Source: Candidatus Poribacteria bacterium (GTDB lineage: Bacteria; Poribacteria; WGA-4E; WGA-3G). Taken from it: a stretch of DNA of 64,000 nt. The stretch is from positions 2,112,001 to 2,176,000 of the forward strand of contig OZ240248.1 in assembly GCA_965198235.1 (NCBI GenBank), given 5' to 3'. Positions 9,875-20,215 of this stretch are shown here, in pieces. The notes under the pieces are model-generated. The model worked only from the letters and a program-made list of their open reading frames with translations. It made no database searches and was not told where the DNA came from. The position numbers were made by a program, and so were the translations under genes. Each line of letters begins with the position of its first letter. Position 1 is the stretch's first letter.

Positions 9875-11926
9875 ATGAAACAAAATCGAAAACCTGCCCC
9901 CTTTCATGTCGTGCAGGGTGACACCGAAGGAACTACATGGTCACTACCTGATGGGGCAGTGGCTCGGCTGGGGAAAGGGGAACACAAAACTCCTGGAGGC
10001 GACGTGAAACTTTCTCTCGATGGCACGTATTTCGCGACTGCAACCAGCATTGGGCTCTGGTGGTATGATGTGTCCTCTATGTCTCCTATCGCATTGTGGG
10101 AAACAGAACGAGGCGGGATTAACGCTATTGATTTCTCACCCGATGGCAAGAACATTTCTATTGCTAATTGGGACGGTATCCTTAAAGTGATGGACGTTCA
10201 GAGCGGTGAGACTATCACTCAGATAGACAAGGAAGATAGATACGTACATATTGGCTTCTCACCCGACAGCAGCAAGTGGGTTGTCGCCGATATGAGCGGT
10301 ATCATTCAAGTTCTAGATACTAAAACCGGTCAGTGCATTGCGCAGATGGATCGAAGGGCACACGAATTTCAATCAAATGACGTTTCCCAACTTGAATTTT
10401 CACCTAACGGACAATACATCGCAGGGGCAGTAGAAAACGAACATTATCGTGAGGGTAAGGTTATGAATCCTGACACAGGAGGAAGGCAAACTTACATCTG
10501 GAGTACAGAGACGGGCGTGCCATTAATCAAATTCGCGGGCAGAAATTTCGCTTTTTCCGCAGATAGTCGACTGCTGGCGTGCGCCACACCTGACGAAACA
10601 GCGAATGATGCCAATAGCGTTCCTCACTTTATTTCAGTATATGATGTGACGAAGGGCGAGCGCATCGCTTACTTCACTGGACACAGTAGTTGGGTACACA
10701 CCGTCACTTTTTCACCATGCGGTCAGTTTCTCGCGTCATGTGACACAGATAAAATCCTATGCGTGTGGGATTTGTCAAAGCGAACGCTGAAAGAGACTTA
10801 CACGGACTGCGGCACTCCATTTTACACTCAGGATGGCGTGCTACTTACCGTCAGGTCTCATCCTGGAAGTATCGAAGTAAAAAATGTAGAACGCGGTGGA
10901 AAACTACAGACAATTGAGCGTCAATTCGGGAGTATTGGTCATAAATGGTTTTCAAAATGCCCGCAGTTGGCTATCGCTCACACACTTTCCGAAAAACGGA
11001 TGAAAGGAGAGCCACAAACATTCTCAACACTTCGTGAACCAACAACTTTCCCGGATCCGGTGCTGTTTCTACCGGATGGACAAACACTTGCGAGCAGAAG
11101 TGATGCCAGAGGTGTTGTGTTATGGGATGTTAAACGTAAGCAGGCACAGGAAACATTACTGAAGGATACGCGTATCACCTCTTTTACTGTTTTGCCGTGT
11201 GGAAACATTCTCGCTGCCTATATCCAAGACAACGTTCGTGTATGGGATGCTGAGAACCCTGAGAAACCCATTGCTGAATTCACCGAACAGGCACGATTAG
11301 TCTGGCATATAGCATTCGCACCAACAGACGATCGACTTGCGGTTGGAAGTAGAGAAGGCACAATCTATCTATACGATTTTAAACGTAATGAGAAGTTGAA
11401 ACCTCTCATAGGACACACAGATTTCATCTGGTCAGTGTCCTTCTCACCAGATGGCAAACGACTGGCAAGTGGTTCAAGCGACAAAACCGCTCGTCTGTGG
11501 GATGTGGCATCTGGCGAAGAGATCGCAACGTTCCCCTTGGATGAACCTCGTACACTTATGGAGATAGCATTTTCGCCGTGTGGCAGCGTGATTGCTGGTG
11601 GAATGTTCGGAGAGCTCCGGTTGTGGTGTGCCGAAACCCTGACAACGCTTTTTGCGATACCGCAGCCACAGACACAAAAGCCTTACGCTCTGGCATTTTC
11701 ACCGTGTGGACGTTATCTCGCATCGGGCACATGGTGGAAGATAGGCATGGAGAAAATGGCAATTAGATTATGGGAAGTAGCAAACGGTGAAAATATCGCT
11801 ACCTTCTGGGGCCATCCGACAGACATTCAGTCGCTTGCTTTTTCACCGGACGGTGAACTTCTGGCAAGTGGCGGTTTTGATCGTACTGTCCTCCTTTGGG
11901 ATGTGAAGCCTTTTTTAGGGTATTAA
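9875..11926 (+). CDS. WD40 repeat beta-propeller protein
   Basis: Multiple GH..V.S..FSPDG..LASGS.D....LWD repeats; N-terminal 'WSLPDGAVARLGKG'; AAGGAG RBS before ATG 9875. Confidence 0.9.
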   Translation: MKQNRKPAPFHVVQGDTEGTTWSLPDGAVARLGKGEHKTPGGDVKLSLDGTYFATATSIGLWWYDVSSMSPIALWETERGGINAIDFSPDGKNISIANWDGILKVMDVQSGETITQIDKEDRYVHIGFSPDSSKWVVADMSGIIQVLDTKTGQCIAQMDRRAHEFQSNDVSQLEFSPNGQYIAGAVENEHYREGKVMNPDTGGRQTYIWSTETGVPLIKFAGRNFAFSADSRLLACATPDETANDANSVPHFISVYDVTKGERIAYFTGHSSWVHTVTFSPCGQFLASCDTDKILCVWDLSKRTLKETYTDCGTPFYTQDGVLLTVRSHPGSIEVKNVERGGKLQTIERQFGSIGHKWFSKCPQLAIAHTLSEKRMKGEPQTFSTLREPTTFPDPVLFLPDGQTLASRSDARGVVLWDVKRKQAQETLLKDTRITSFTVLPCGNILAAYIQDNVRVWDAENPEKPIAEFTEQARLVWHIAFAPTDDRLAVGSREGTIYLYDFKRNEKLKPLIGHTDFIWSVSFSPDGKRLASGSSDKTARLWDVASGEEIATFPLDEPRTLMEIAFSPCGSVIAGGMFGELRLWCAETLTTLFAIPQPQTQKPYALAFSPCGRYLASGTWWKIGMEKMAIRLWEVANGENIATFWGHPTDIQSLAFSPDGELLASGGFDRTVLLWDVKPFLGY

Positions 11927-11965
11927 GGCTCATGTATCATGAATTCAAGGTAAGGGACTCGAAAC

Positions 11966-12207
11966 GTAGGTTGGGTTGAACGAAATAAGAAGAATGATGC
12001 CGACAGCAGAACACACCTCAAACGTCATACCTCGTCCTATGCCACCACGGCAGCAGTGAAACCCAACTTCATACCACGGGATTCTCGGAACCGTCATAGT
12101 GAAGCGTTGGGTTTCACTTGGTATCTCTACGATAAAGACTATATGGTTCACACATCGGTTGTCTCTACCTGTTAGTCTTTCGATCTTGTCCGTTCAACCC
12201 AACCTAC
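11966..12207. repeat. REPIN-like element with long variable loops (copy 1)
   Basis: GTAGGTTGGGTTGAACG-72nt-AGTGAAACCCAAC-38nt-GTTGGGTTTCACT-72nt-CGTTCAACCCAACCTAC. Confidence 0.85.
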
Positions 12208-12397
12208 GATGCTATGATGCAACTTTTTCTTAAATTGATACCTATGGTGCGTTTACAAACTGCATCTACTGGGTCTCGCTAACTACTGACCGTCGATTGC
12301 TAAGTACTGAGTGCCTCTGGGAAAAAATATATTGACAGTATTGTTTTCTGCAATGTATGATATGCAAAACGGACTCTATCATAGGAGGAAAACAAAT

Positions 12398-13861
12398 TTG
12401 GCGGCAGATATTGGACTCATCGGATTAGCAGTGATGGGTGAAAACCTCGCACTGAATATGGAGAGCAAAGGGTTTGAGGTAGCAGTCTTCAACCGTACCG
12501 TTTCACGGGTAGACGCTTTCATGACAGGTGTTGCAAATGGAAAAAACATCACTGGGGCGCATTCCGTTCCAGAACTCATTGGAAAACTAAACAGCCCCCG
12601 CAAAATTATCTTGATGGTGAAAGCGGGCGAACCCGTCGATGCGTTTATAGGGCAATTGGTCCCGCATCTTTCAAAGGGCGACCTCATTATTGACGGCGGA
12701 AACTCCAATTTCAACGACACTGTCCGTCGACATGCGGAGTTGGCTGAGCAGGACATTCTGTTTATCGGGACAGGTATCTCCGGTGGCGAAGAGGGCGCGC
12801 TCAAAGGACCGGCGATGATGCCGGGAGGTTCAGCCGAGGCTTATTCCCTCGTGGAGCCGATCTTTACGAAGATTGCGGCGCAGGTGGAAGGCACACCGTG
12901 CTGCTCCTACATCGGACCGGATGGCGCGGGGCATTATGTCAAAATGGTGCATAACGGCATCGAATACGGCGATATGCAGCTGATATGTGAAGCCTACTCT
13001 CTGATGAAAGGCATCTTGGGAATGGACGCCGACGAGATGCACGAGGTCTTCAGCGAATGGAATCGTGGTGAACTGAATTCTTACCTCATCGAAATTACGG
13101 CTGACATCTTCACACAACTCGATAAGAGTGGCACGCCTTTCGTTGATGTCGTACTGGACCAAGCAGGGCAGAAAGGCACCGGCAAATGGACGAGTATCTC
13201 GGCACTGGATCTCGGTATCTCTGCGCCGACGATCGCGGAGGCGGTTTTTGCGCGGTGCATCTCTGCCGTTAAAAGCGAACGTGTTGCAGCAGAACAGGTT
13301 ATCCAAGGACCCGCTGGCACCTATCAAGGCGACCGGGCCGAGGCACTAAAAGCGATTCATGATGCGCTTTACGCCGCGAAAATCTGCTCTTACGCCCAAG
13401 GCTTTGCCTTAATGCGAGAGGCAAGCGAAGAGTTCGGATGGGATTTGGATCTCGGCATGATTAGTTTAGGCTGGCGCGGCGGATGTATCATTCGGGCGAA
13501 ATTCCTGCATCGGATCGCAGAGGCGTTTGAGCGCAATCCTGCGCTACCGAACCTAATGCTTGATTCCTACTTCCGGGATGTGCTTGAAACCGCCCAACCG
13601 AATTGGCGAAGTGTTATCGGCACAGCCACGCAACTCGGTGTTCCTATCCCGGCATTCAGTTCCGCTTTAGCCTATTTCGATAGTTACCGCAGTGGCAGAC
13701 TTTCCGCGAATCTGATTCAGGCGATGCGCGACTATTTCGGTGCACACACCTACCATAAACTTGATGCAGATGGAAACACAGTTCTCGGAAAAGATGGGGA
13801 ACCGACGGTGTTCCATACGGAATGGATGCTGGAAGGTCGCCCGGAAGTCATTGTTGATTAG
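12398..13861 (+). CDS. gnd: NADP-dependent 6-phosphogluconate dehydrogenase
   Basis: IGLAVMGENLA, VKMVHNGIEYGDMQ, QAMRDYFGAH; GGAGG RBS and TTG start at 12398. Confidence 0.96.
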   Translation: MAADIGLIGLAVMGENLALNMESKGFEVAVFNRTVSRVDAFMTGVANGKNITGAHSVPELIGKLNSPRKIILMVKAGEPVDAFIGQLVPHLSKGDLIIDGGNSNFNDTVRRHAELAEQDILFIGTGISGGEEGALKGPAMMPGGSAEAYSLVEPIFTKIAAQVEGTPCCSYIGPDGAGHYVKMVHNGIEYGDMQLICEAYSLMKGILGMDADEMHEVFSEWNRGELNSYLIEITADIFTQLDKSGTPFVDVVLDQAGQKGTGKWTSISALDLGISAPTIAEAVFARCISAVKSERVAAEQVIQGPAGTYQGDRAEALKAIHDALYAAKICSYAQGFALMREASEEFGWDLDLGMISLGWRGGCIIRAKFLHRIAEAFERNPALPNLMLDSYFRDVLETAQPNWRSVIGTATQLGVPIPAFSSALAYFDSYRSGRLSANLIQAMRDYFGAHTYHKLDADGNTVLGKDGEPTVFHTEWMLEGRPEVIVD

Positions 13862-14100
13862 ATTTTAAAATATTGGGTTTCTGACCTGCGTTCCAAGTGT
13901 AAAGCAAAGACAAATTATGCCATTTAAGGAAACCTAATTTCATTACGCGCAGGTTTTCGGTTATTCTGTAGGGCTTTTTAAAATCGGACCCGTAGCCCGT
14001 AATGAAATGGAGGGGTTTTTGCTTGGGTATTTCTTCAGATTTAAGAATGGCACGTCAAAATCTTGACGCACGTCGTTCTTCCGCAAGGTAAAATTAAAAA
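13862..14100. repeat. Composite MITE-like intergenic repeats
   Basis: Contains AAATTATGCCATTTAAGGAAACCTAATTTC (reverse complement at 28080, 34810) and CCCGTAGCCC...CCGCAAGG.AAAATTAAAA (also 15003-15112, 30650-30858). Confidence 0.7.
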
Positions 14101-14997
14101 ATGGATCACGGATCACAACAGGTATTACACGATTTTGAACCGCAACACGAGTTTTTCGTTGGAATTGATTCGGACGGTTGTGTTTTCAATAGCATGGAGG
14201 TCAAACACAACGACTGTTTCAGTGTGAACCTCGTCAAACATTTCGGCTTAGCATCTATTTCACGACAGGTACATCAGGCATGGGATTTCGTCAACCTCTA
14301 CTCAAAAACGCGAGGCACAAACCGGTTTAAGGCGATCCTGTTGGTGTGCGATTTCTTACGCGAAATGCCACTCGTGCAAAAGATGGGAGTTGCGGTGCCA
14401 GAACTGGCTCACCTGCGAGAATGGTCGGAAACGGAGACGAAACTCGGTAATCCCGCGCTACAATCCGCAATCGACAATGCAACTGGAGAACGACTTGACG
14501 AATTGAGCCAAGTGATGGAGTGGAGTCTCGGTGTGAACGAAAGTGTCGCAGAGATTGTCTACAACCTCCCGCCGTTTCCTGGGGTGCGTGAGACACTGCA
14601 ACGGCTTCAGGGCAAATCGGATGTCATCGTTGTCTCCGCTACGCCGGATGAGGCACTCATACGGGAATGGGCTGAACACGAAATAGACACCTACGTCGCG
14701 CTGATTGCCGGACAGGAGATGGGGACAAAGACGGAACATCTCACGATAACGGCGAAAGACAGGTACCCCGAAAACCACGTCTTAATGCTCGGTGATTCAC
14801 CCGGCGACCTGAAAGCGGCAAGAGATGTGGGGGCACTGTTCTTCCCCGTCAATCCCGGTTCCGAGGACACATCGTGGCAGCTGTTCCTTGACGAGGCGAT
14901 GGGTAAATTCTTCGATGGACAATACGCAGGTGCTTATGAAGACGCGTTGATTGACAAATTTCAGGAATTGTTGCCAGAAACACCACCGTGGGGGTGA
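14101..14997 (+). CDS. HAD family hydrolase
   Basis: DSDGC motif I, VVSAT motif II, GDSPGD motif IV. Confidence 0.85.
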   Translation: MDHGSQQVLHDFEPQHEFFVGIDSDGCVFNSMEVKHNDCFSVNLVKHFGLASISRQVHQAWDFVNLYSKTRGTNRFKAILLVCDFLREMPLVQKMGVAVPELAHLREWSETETKLGNPALQSAIDNATGERLDELSQVMEWSLGVNESVAEIVYNLPPFPGVRETLQRLQGKSDVIVVSATPDEALIREWAEHEIDTYVALIAGQEMGTKTEHLTITAKDRYPENHVLMLGDSPGDLKAARDVGALFFPVNPGSEDTSWQLFLDEAMGKFFDGQYAGAYEDALIDKFQELLPETPPWG

Positions 14998-15002
14998 AGG
15001 TT

Positions 15003-15112
15003 TCTTAATTATTTACACACCCCGTAGCCCATAACGAAGTGGAGGGCGGATCTACGGGAAAGGACGTGAACTCTCCAACTTACTTGATCGAACCGCAAGG
15101 AAAAATTAAAAT
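15003..15112. repeat. MITE-like repeat filling the intergenic space
   Basis: Ends TAATTATTTACACAC and CCGCAAGGAAAAATTAAAA match the ends of 30650-30858 in reverse. Confidence 0.6.
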
Positions 15113-16063
15113 ATGAAAATTCTACTTCAAGGACGTGTTGAAGGTGAGCTACTCCAGAGATTGGAAAGCATCGTCGGCGACGAGCATACCTTTGTAACCC
15201 CAGGTTCACGCGAGGAGCTTATCGAAGAAGGCAAAAATGCTGAAGTCTTCTACGGCTACTGTAGCGAGGACCTTTTCCCGCACCTACCGAATATCAAATG
15301 GATTCAATCTTCCAGCGCAGGCATGGACCGACACATGTATCCTGCCATCCGTGAGAGCGATGTTATTTTGACGAACGCTGCGGGCTTATACGCGACGCAC
15401 GTCGCGGACCAAGCGTTTGCACTGTTGCTCGGTTTGGCACGCGGTATCCATGAATCCATTCGGAATCAGGACAAACACCAATGGGGCGGTAACAGGAAAA
15501 TGCCGATGATCGAAATTGATGGGTTCAAGATCGGTATCGTCGGCATGGGTGGTATCGGGATGCAGATGGCAAAGCGCGCAAAAGGCTTTGATATGTACGT
15601 TATGGCTGTCGATGCCTACCGCACCGATAAACCCGATAACGTTGATGAACTCATGCCGATGGATCAGCTTTCAAATATGATGAGTCAAGTGGATGTTGTG
15701 ATGATTGCGTGTCCGTTGACCGAGGAGACACGTGGACTCATCAATAAGGACAACCTATCCGTGATGCAACCGACAGCGTTCTTTATCAACGTCGCCCGTG
15801 GTCCGATTGTCAATGAGCCGGATCTGATTGAGATTCTACGCGCTGGTACAATTGCGGCGGTAGGTTTGGATGTCACCGAGATCGAACCGCTCCCTGCAGA
15901 CAGTCCGTTGTGGGATTTTGACAATATTATTATTTCGCCACATTCGGCGGGAGGTTCACAGCGCCGTATGCACCGTATTACTTCATTCTTCTTGGATAAC
16001 TTGGAACGGTATCTGAAGGGCGAAGAACTGAAGAATGTTGTGAACAAACAACTCGGTTTCTAA
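15113..16063 (+). CDS. D-2-hydroxyacid dehydrogenase
   Basis: GMGGIG, NVARG, LDV...EPLP, SPHSAG. Confidence 0.92.
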   Translation: MKILLQGRVEGELLQRLESIVGDEHTFVTPGSREELIEEGKNAEVFYGYCSEDLFPHLPNIKWIQSSSAGMDRHMYPAIRESDVILTNAAGLYATHVADQAFALLLGLARGIHESIRNQDKHQWGGNRKMPMIEIDGFKIGIVGMGGIGMQMAKRAKGFDMYVMAVDAYRTDKPDNVDELMPMDQLSNMMSQVDVVMIACPLTEETRGLINKDNLSVMQPTAFFINVARGPIVNEPDLIEILRAGTIAAVGLDVTEIEPLPADSPLWDFDNIIISPHSAGGSQRRMHRITSFFLDNLERYLKGEELKNVVNKQLGF

Positions 16064-16083
16064 CAAGGATATCTAATTTCTCC

Positions 16084-16118
16084 AATGCCTCGATCTCGCG
16101 ATCGGGGCATTATTTTTT
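16084..16118 (+). terminator. Intrinsic terminator
   Basis: AATGCCTCGATC-tcgc-GATCGGGGCATT followed by ATTTTTT. Confidence 0.7.
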
Positions 16119-16122
16119 AGCC

Positions 16123-16343
16123 ATGATTGAATACGAAGGTTATATCGGAGTCATTGATTTTGACCCGGAAATAGACCTGTTTCACGGAACAGTGATTAAT
16201 ACGCAGGACGTGATCACATTTACGGGGCATCTGTAACTGAACTTTGGGAGGAGATGCAAAAGTCGCTTGAGGTCTACTTTGAAGTTTGTGAGGAACAAGG
16301 AAAAGTGCCAGATAAACCTTTCTCAGACATATTTTCCTCTTGA
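16123..16343 (+). pseudogene. hicB: HicB-family antitoxin, frameshifted and truncated
   Basis: MIEYEGYIGVIDFDPEIDLFHGTVINTQDVITF / frameshift / GASVTELWEEMQKSLEVYFEVCEEQGKVPDKPFS. Confidence 0.75.
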
Positions 16344-16433
16344 TTCTTCTCTCCAAATGTCGTATTATTTTAAGAACGGGTTGTGAGGACGTTTATCGAT
16401 TTTTCCAATACATAAAGCAACGGAGAAGAATCA

Positions 16434-16619
16434 ATGGATATGTTAGCTGAAAGATTAGACGCTAAATTACGCGAATGGGAACCGAATATTGCGGTGACAG
16501 CCCGGGAACGAATTTCGGAAATCATTGATCTCGCAGACCAAGATGCGTTGGATATAATGCGATCGCGTGCTGTAGAATAGGAAGTTTTGGATCTACTTGA
16601 TGAACCCATATCCCGGTGA
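16434..16619 (+). pseudogene. Putative antitoxin with internal TAG at 16578
   Basis: MDMLAERLDAKLREWEP...RSRAVE*EVLDLLDEPISR; overlaps the start of the toxin fragment. Confidence 0.55.
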
Positions 16620-16703
16620 AATTTGGTTAGCGGACCTTGGTTTAGCTGCGAAAGCACGACTTATTCTCGTGGTATCTCGTTACGACCCAGATCCATCACG
16701 AGC
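16600..16703 (+). pseudogene. PemK/MazF toxin N-terminal fragment
   Basis: MNPYPGEIWLADLGLAAKARLILVVSR; similarity ends after about 35 codons. Confidence 0.7.
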
Positions 16704-16741
16704 TATGATGCTGAAACACAAACCATGCAGAAGGAACACAG

Positions 16742-18340
16742 ATGAGAAGGTTCAGTACGCAGGGCCCCGTGAACCCCGACCAACATTATGTTGTCCCCCG
16801 CACTGCGGAGCTCGCCGAGTTCATCAAGCGCGTTAAAGAGGGGCGCTATATCGTCATCTTCGCACCCCGGCAAACAGGCAAGACGACTTTTTTCTACGCC
16901 GCCATGGACATCCTTACCGCCGAGGAGCCGACTTACGTCCCTACCCACTTAGATTTTGAGGCATATAAAAACCTCACCCCTTCCGATTTTTACAGCAATC
17001 TCACCGAAGACATTCGCGAGGAAATCGAGAATCTTTACCAAAAACGTGGAGAAGTGCCCCCCGAGGCGTTAAGGCATTTTTTAGAGAACACAACCCTGAC
17101 CGACAATGTGTCAATGCTCAGAGGTTTCAGGGCATTGGCGCGGGTGTTGGAAAATCAGCGGGTTATCGTCTTTATTGATGAGTTTGATGGCATTCCCCCG
17201 GGGGTCGTGAGTGATTTTCTGTATGCACTCCGCCGCATCTACATATCCAGGACCTCCCCCCGATGTCCCTACAGCCTCGGCATTGTTGGTGTCAAGAGCA
17301 TCGCGCAACTCAACTACGATCAGTCTGTCTCTCCGTTCAACATCCACGACGATTTTGCTTTGCCCAATTTTACGCTTACCCAGGTGCAAGAACTCCTTGG
17401 TCAATACACTGTCGAGGTTGGGCAAACCTTCGCTCAGGAAGTCATTGAATCTATCCACAAACAGACGGGGGGACAACCCTTCCTCGTCAATCGATTCGCA
17501 CAGATTCTCACCGAGGAGATGGACATTCCGAAAACCGAAACGATTACGATGCCACACTTTTCAGAGGCACACATACAACTTTTGGACGAACGGAACACCA
17601 ACTTGACGCATCTCACAACCAATATCTGTCGAAACCCTCGTTTTGAAAATCTCCTAATGCGTATCATGTTTGGTGATGAAGGTATCCCTTTCAACCTACG
17701 CAATGAACTTATCAATGAACTCGCAACATATGGGGTAATCGCAAAAGATTCTGACAGGAAGTGTAAGATTGTCAACCCAATTTATCTGTACTGTATCCTA
17801 CAGACGTTCAAGCCGATAGTCAACGGATTGGAGCGCGACTACTTCCCCAAGGACACGGATGGATTTCAGTACCTCACATCCACTGGGCAAATTCAGATGG
17901 AACGGCTCATGGATAACTTCTGTGAGTTTATTGCCCGCGCTGGATTTAGGATCCTACAAGTCCCCGAAACACCGCAAGAATTCATCGGACAGCACCTGCT
18001 CTTTGCCTACCTTAGTCAGTTTGTCACCAGCGTGAACGGGGCAATGTACATGGAAGTCCCAACCGGGCGGGGCAGGATGGATCTGCTCCTCCTTCACAAC
18101 CAGCGAAAATACATCGTTGAAACAAAGATTTGGCGAAGCGAGCGGCTCTATACTGAAGGGAAACAGCAACTCGCCGCATATCTGTCAGCAGAAGGCGTAG
18201 CGGAGGGCTACTATATCGTGTTCGATCATCGCGAGGTGCCAGAACCGCGCACAGAGATGGAGACGATAGATGGATTAACAATTCGGAGCTACGTTATTCC
18301 TGTGGTGCAAGAACGTCCTTCAAGGAGCAGTTTTAGGTAG
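16742..18340 (+). CDS. AAA-like ATPase with C-terminal PD-(D/E)xK-like domain
   Basis: APRQTGKT, FIDEFD, 'GRGRMDL...YIVETK'; paralog at 54521. Confidence 0.85.
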   Translation: MRRFSTQGPVNPDQHYVVPRTAELAEFIKRVKEGRYIVIFAPRQTGKTTFFYAAMDILTAEEPTYVPTHLDFEAYKNLTPSDFYSNLTEDIREEIENLYQKRGEVPPEALRHFLENTTLTDNVSMLRGFRALARVLENQRVIVFIDEFDGIPPGVVSDFLYALRRIYISRTSPRCPYSLGIVGVKSIAQLNYDQSVSPFNIHDDFALPNFTLTQVQELLGQYTVEVGQTFAQEVIESIHKQTGGQPFLVNRFAQILTEEMDIPKTETITMPHFSEAHIQLLDERNTNLTHLTTNICRNPRFENLLMRIMFGDEGIPFNLRNELINELATYGVIAKDSDRKCKIVNPIYLYCILQTFKPIVNGLERDYFPKDTDGFQYLTSTGQIQMERLMDNFCEFIARAGFRILQVPETPQEFIGQHLLFAYLSQFVTSVNGAMYMEVPTGRGRMDLLLLHNQRKYIVETKIWRSERLYTEGKQQLAAYLSAEGVAEGYYIVFDHREVPEPRTEMETIDGLTIRSYVIPVVQERPSRSSFR

Positions 18341-18486
18341 GTGCCCCTCCCTGGCAGATCTCTAACTTTTTGCCTTAAATTTGGGAGTCGAGTTACCAAA
18401 ACCAACAAGTGAATTTTCGTCATTCTCCCCAGAAAAATGCCGATAATAATTGCCAATAGCAATTTTACCAAGAGGGGAATTAACCA

Positions 18487-19326
18487 ATGAAAATCTTCGC
18501 CTTAGTGATAATAGGCATTGTGTTTATTCCCGTTGTCGTCTATGCGCCAGTGGTTGTGCCCGAAGGTAAAGAGACTGTCCTTGAAGACATGGTGCTGATT
18601 CCCGGAGGCGAATTTGAGATGGGAAGCAGCAACACACCTTCCGAACAACCAGTCCATATCGTCCACGTAGACGCGTTCTATATGGATCAGCATGAGGTCA
18701 CCAATGCTGAATACAAGGCGTTCGTCCTTGCTAATCCTAAGTGGCAAAAAGAGCATATTGGTGCGAGGTTCCATGAAGGGACTTATTTAGAGGATTGGAT
18801 TGGTAATGACTTTCCGAACGGTAAAGGAGGCCATCCCGTTACATGGGTAAGTTGGCAGGCAGCAATGGCTTACGCAACGTGGGCAGGCAAACGGCTGCCG
18901 ACAGAGACAGAGTGGGAACGCGCAGCGCGCGGTGGATTGGCAAATCAAAGTTACCCATGGGGCGATTCAATTGATGCAAGTAAGGCAAACTACAACGGAA
19001 ATGTCGGAGATACCACTGCCATCGGTACCTATCCTGCTAACGATTACGGTCTCTACGATATGGCGGGCAACGTTTCGGAGTGGTGCCTTGATGCCTACCA
19101 GAGCGATTTTTATAGCTATTCCCCGTATCGGAATCCAATCGCAGGCGCAACCCGTATTCGAGACATGATAAGTGATTTCAGAGACGTTGAAACCTCGCGC
19201 GTATTACGTGGTGGCTCTCTGTTCACTGAGCGTCAAAGCGTGGCAGTTTCGACTCGCGCTGAATCTCCGCCGCGGTATGCAGACTTCGATCTCGGTTTCC
19301 GTTGTGTAAAGGACATTAAACCTTAA
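18487..19326 (+). CDS. FGE-sulfatase (SUMF1) domain protein, secreted
   Basis: FEMGS, HEVTN, RLPTETEWERAARGG, YDMAGNVSEW, LGFRC. Confidence 0.9.
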   Translation: MKIFALVIIGIVFIPVVVYAPVVVPEGKETVLEDMVLIPGGEFEMGSSNTPSEQPVHIVHVDAFYMDQHEVTNAEYKAFVLANPKWQKEHIGARFHEGTYLEDWIGNDFPNGKGGHPVTWVSWQAAMAYATWAGKRLPTETEWERAARGGLANQSYPWGDSIDASKANYNGNVGDTTAIGTYPANDYGLYDMAGNVSEWCLDAYQSDFYSYSPYRNPIAGATRIRDMISDFRDVETSRVLRGGSLFTERQSVAVSTRAESPPRYADFDLGFRCVKDIKP

Positions 19327-19402
19327 ATCCTCGATTGAATCGGAAAAAGATGGCGAAGTTTGGAAACCTCACCACGTAAAACGGAAAAGAGGACTGTCCA
19401 CA

Positions 19403-20215
19403 TCAAACGGTAGTTTGCCTCTGCCCATCATCAGGTTCAATCCGCACAGCACAGAACTTCAATTCCGGTTGCTTAGAGACAGTATCAAACGCAGGATTTG
19501 TCACATAATTGGCATTGGTCTCGGCGTGGAAGAGGTCGCCCCAATGGAACGGCGTGAAGAGTAAACCTTGCCGAATCGTCTCTGTGACACGCGCACGTGC
19601 ATAGCACCGTCCTCGTCGTCCGACGAGATACACCCATTCACCGTCTTGAACATCGTTCTCTACCGCATCATCAGGATGGATTTCCACGAAAGGTTCCGGG
19701 TCTTTGCGGACAAGCTGCGGCACCTTGCCCGTCCGGGTACGGGTATGCCACTGGCTCTCAATCCGTCCTGTCGTTAAACCGAGCGGGAATTCTTCATCTG
19801 TATCTTCATCAGGTGGTTTATAGACGGGCGTATGGAATTGTGCCTTCTCGGACTCAGTGAAAAACTTCTTGCGCGTGTACCGACGGGGTGTCCCAGGGTG
19901 CCGCGGGTAAGGACAGGGCCAGCGAAGTGAGGTCTTCGCGAGCCGTTCATTCGTCATTCCCATCTGATCACACGGTGTCCCTGCTGCCAGAAGCCGATAT
20001 TCATCCCATACCTCTTCAGGTGTATGGAAATCAAAATTCCGCTTGAATCCCATCGCTCTCGCAACCTGCGTGAATATCCACCAATCCGGCATCGCTTCAC
20101 CGGGGGGTGTGAGGAACTGATCACTTCGGACGACAAGCCGTTCGCTGTTCGTCATTGTGCCTTGCTTTTCACCCCACTGCGCGGCAGGAAGTATCACATC
20201 CGCGTATTCCGACGT
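19403..20215 (-). pseudogene. nasA: C-terminal remnant of assimilatory nitrate reductase (molybdopterin oxidoreductase)
   Basis: YADVILPAAQWGEKQGTMTNSER, LTTGR...WHTRTRT, SKQPELKFCAV; no own start. Confidence 0.85.
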
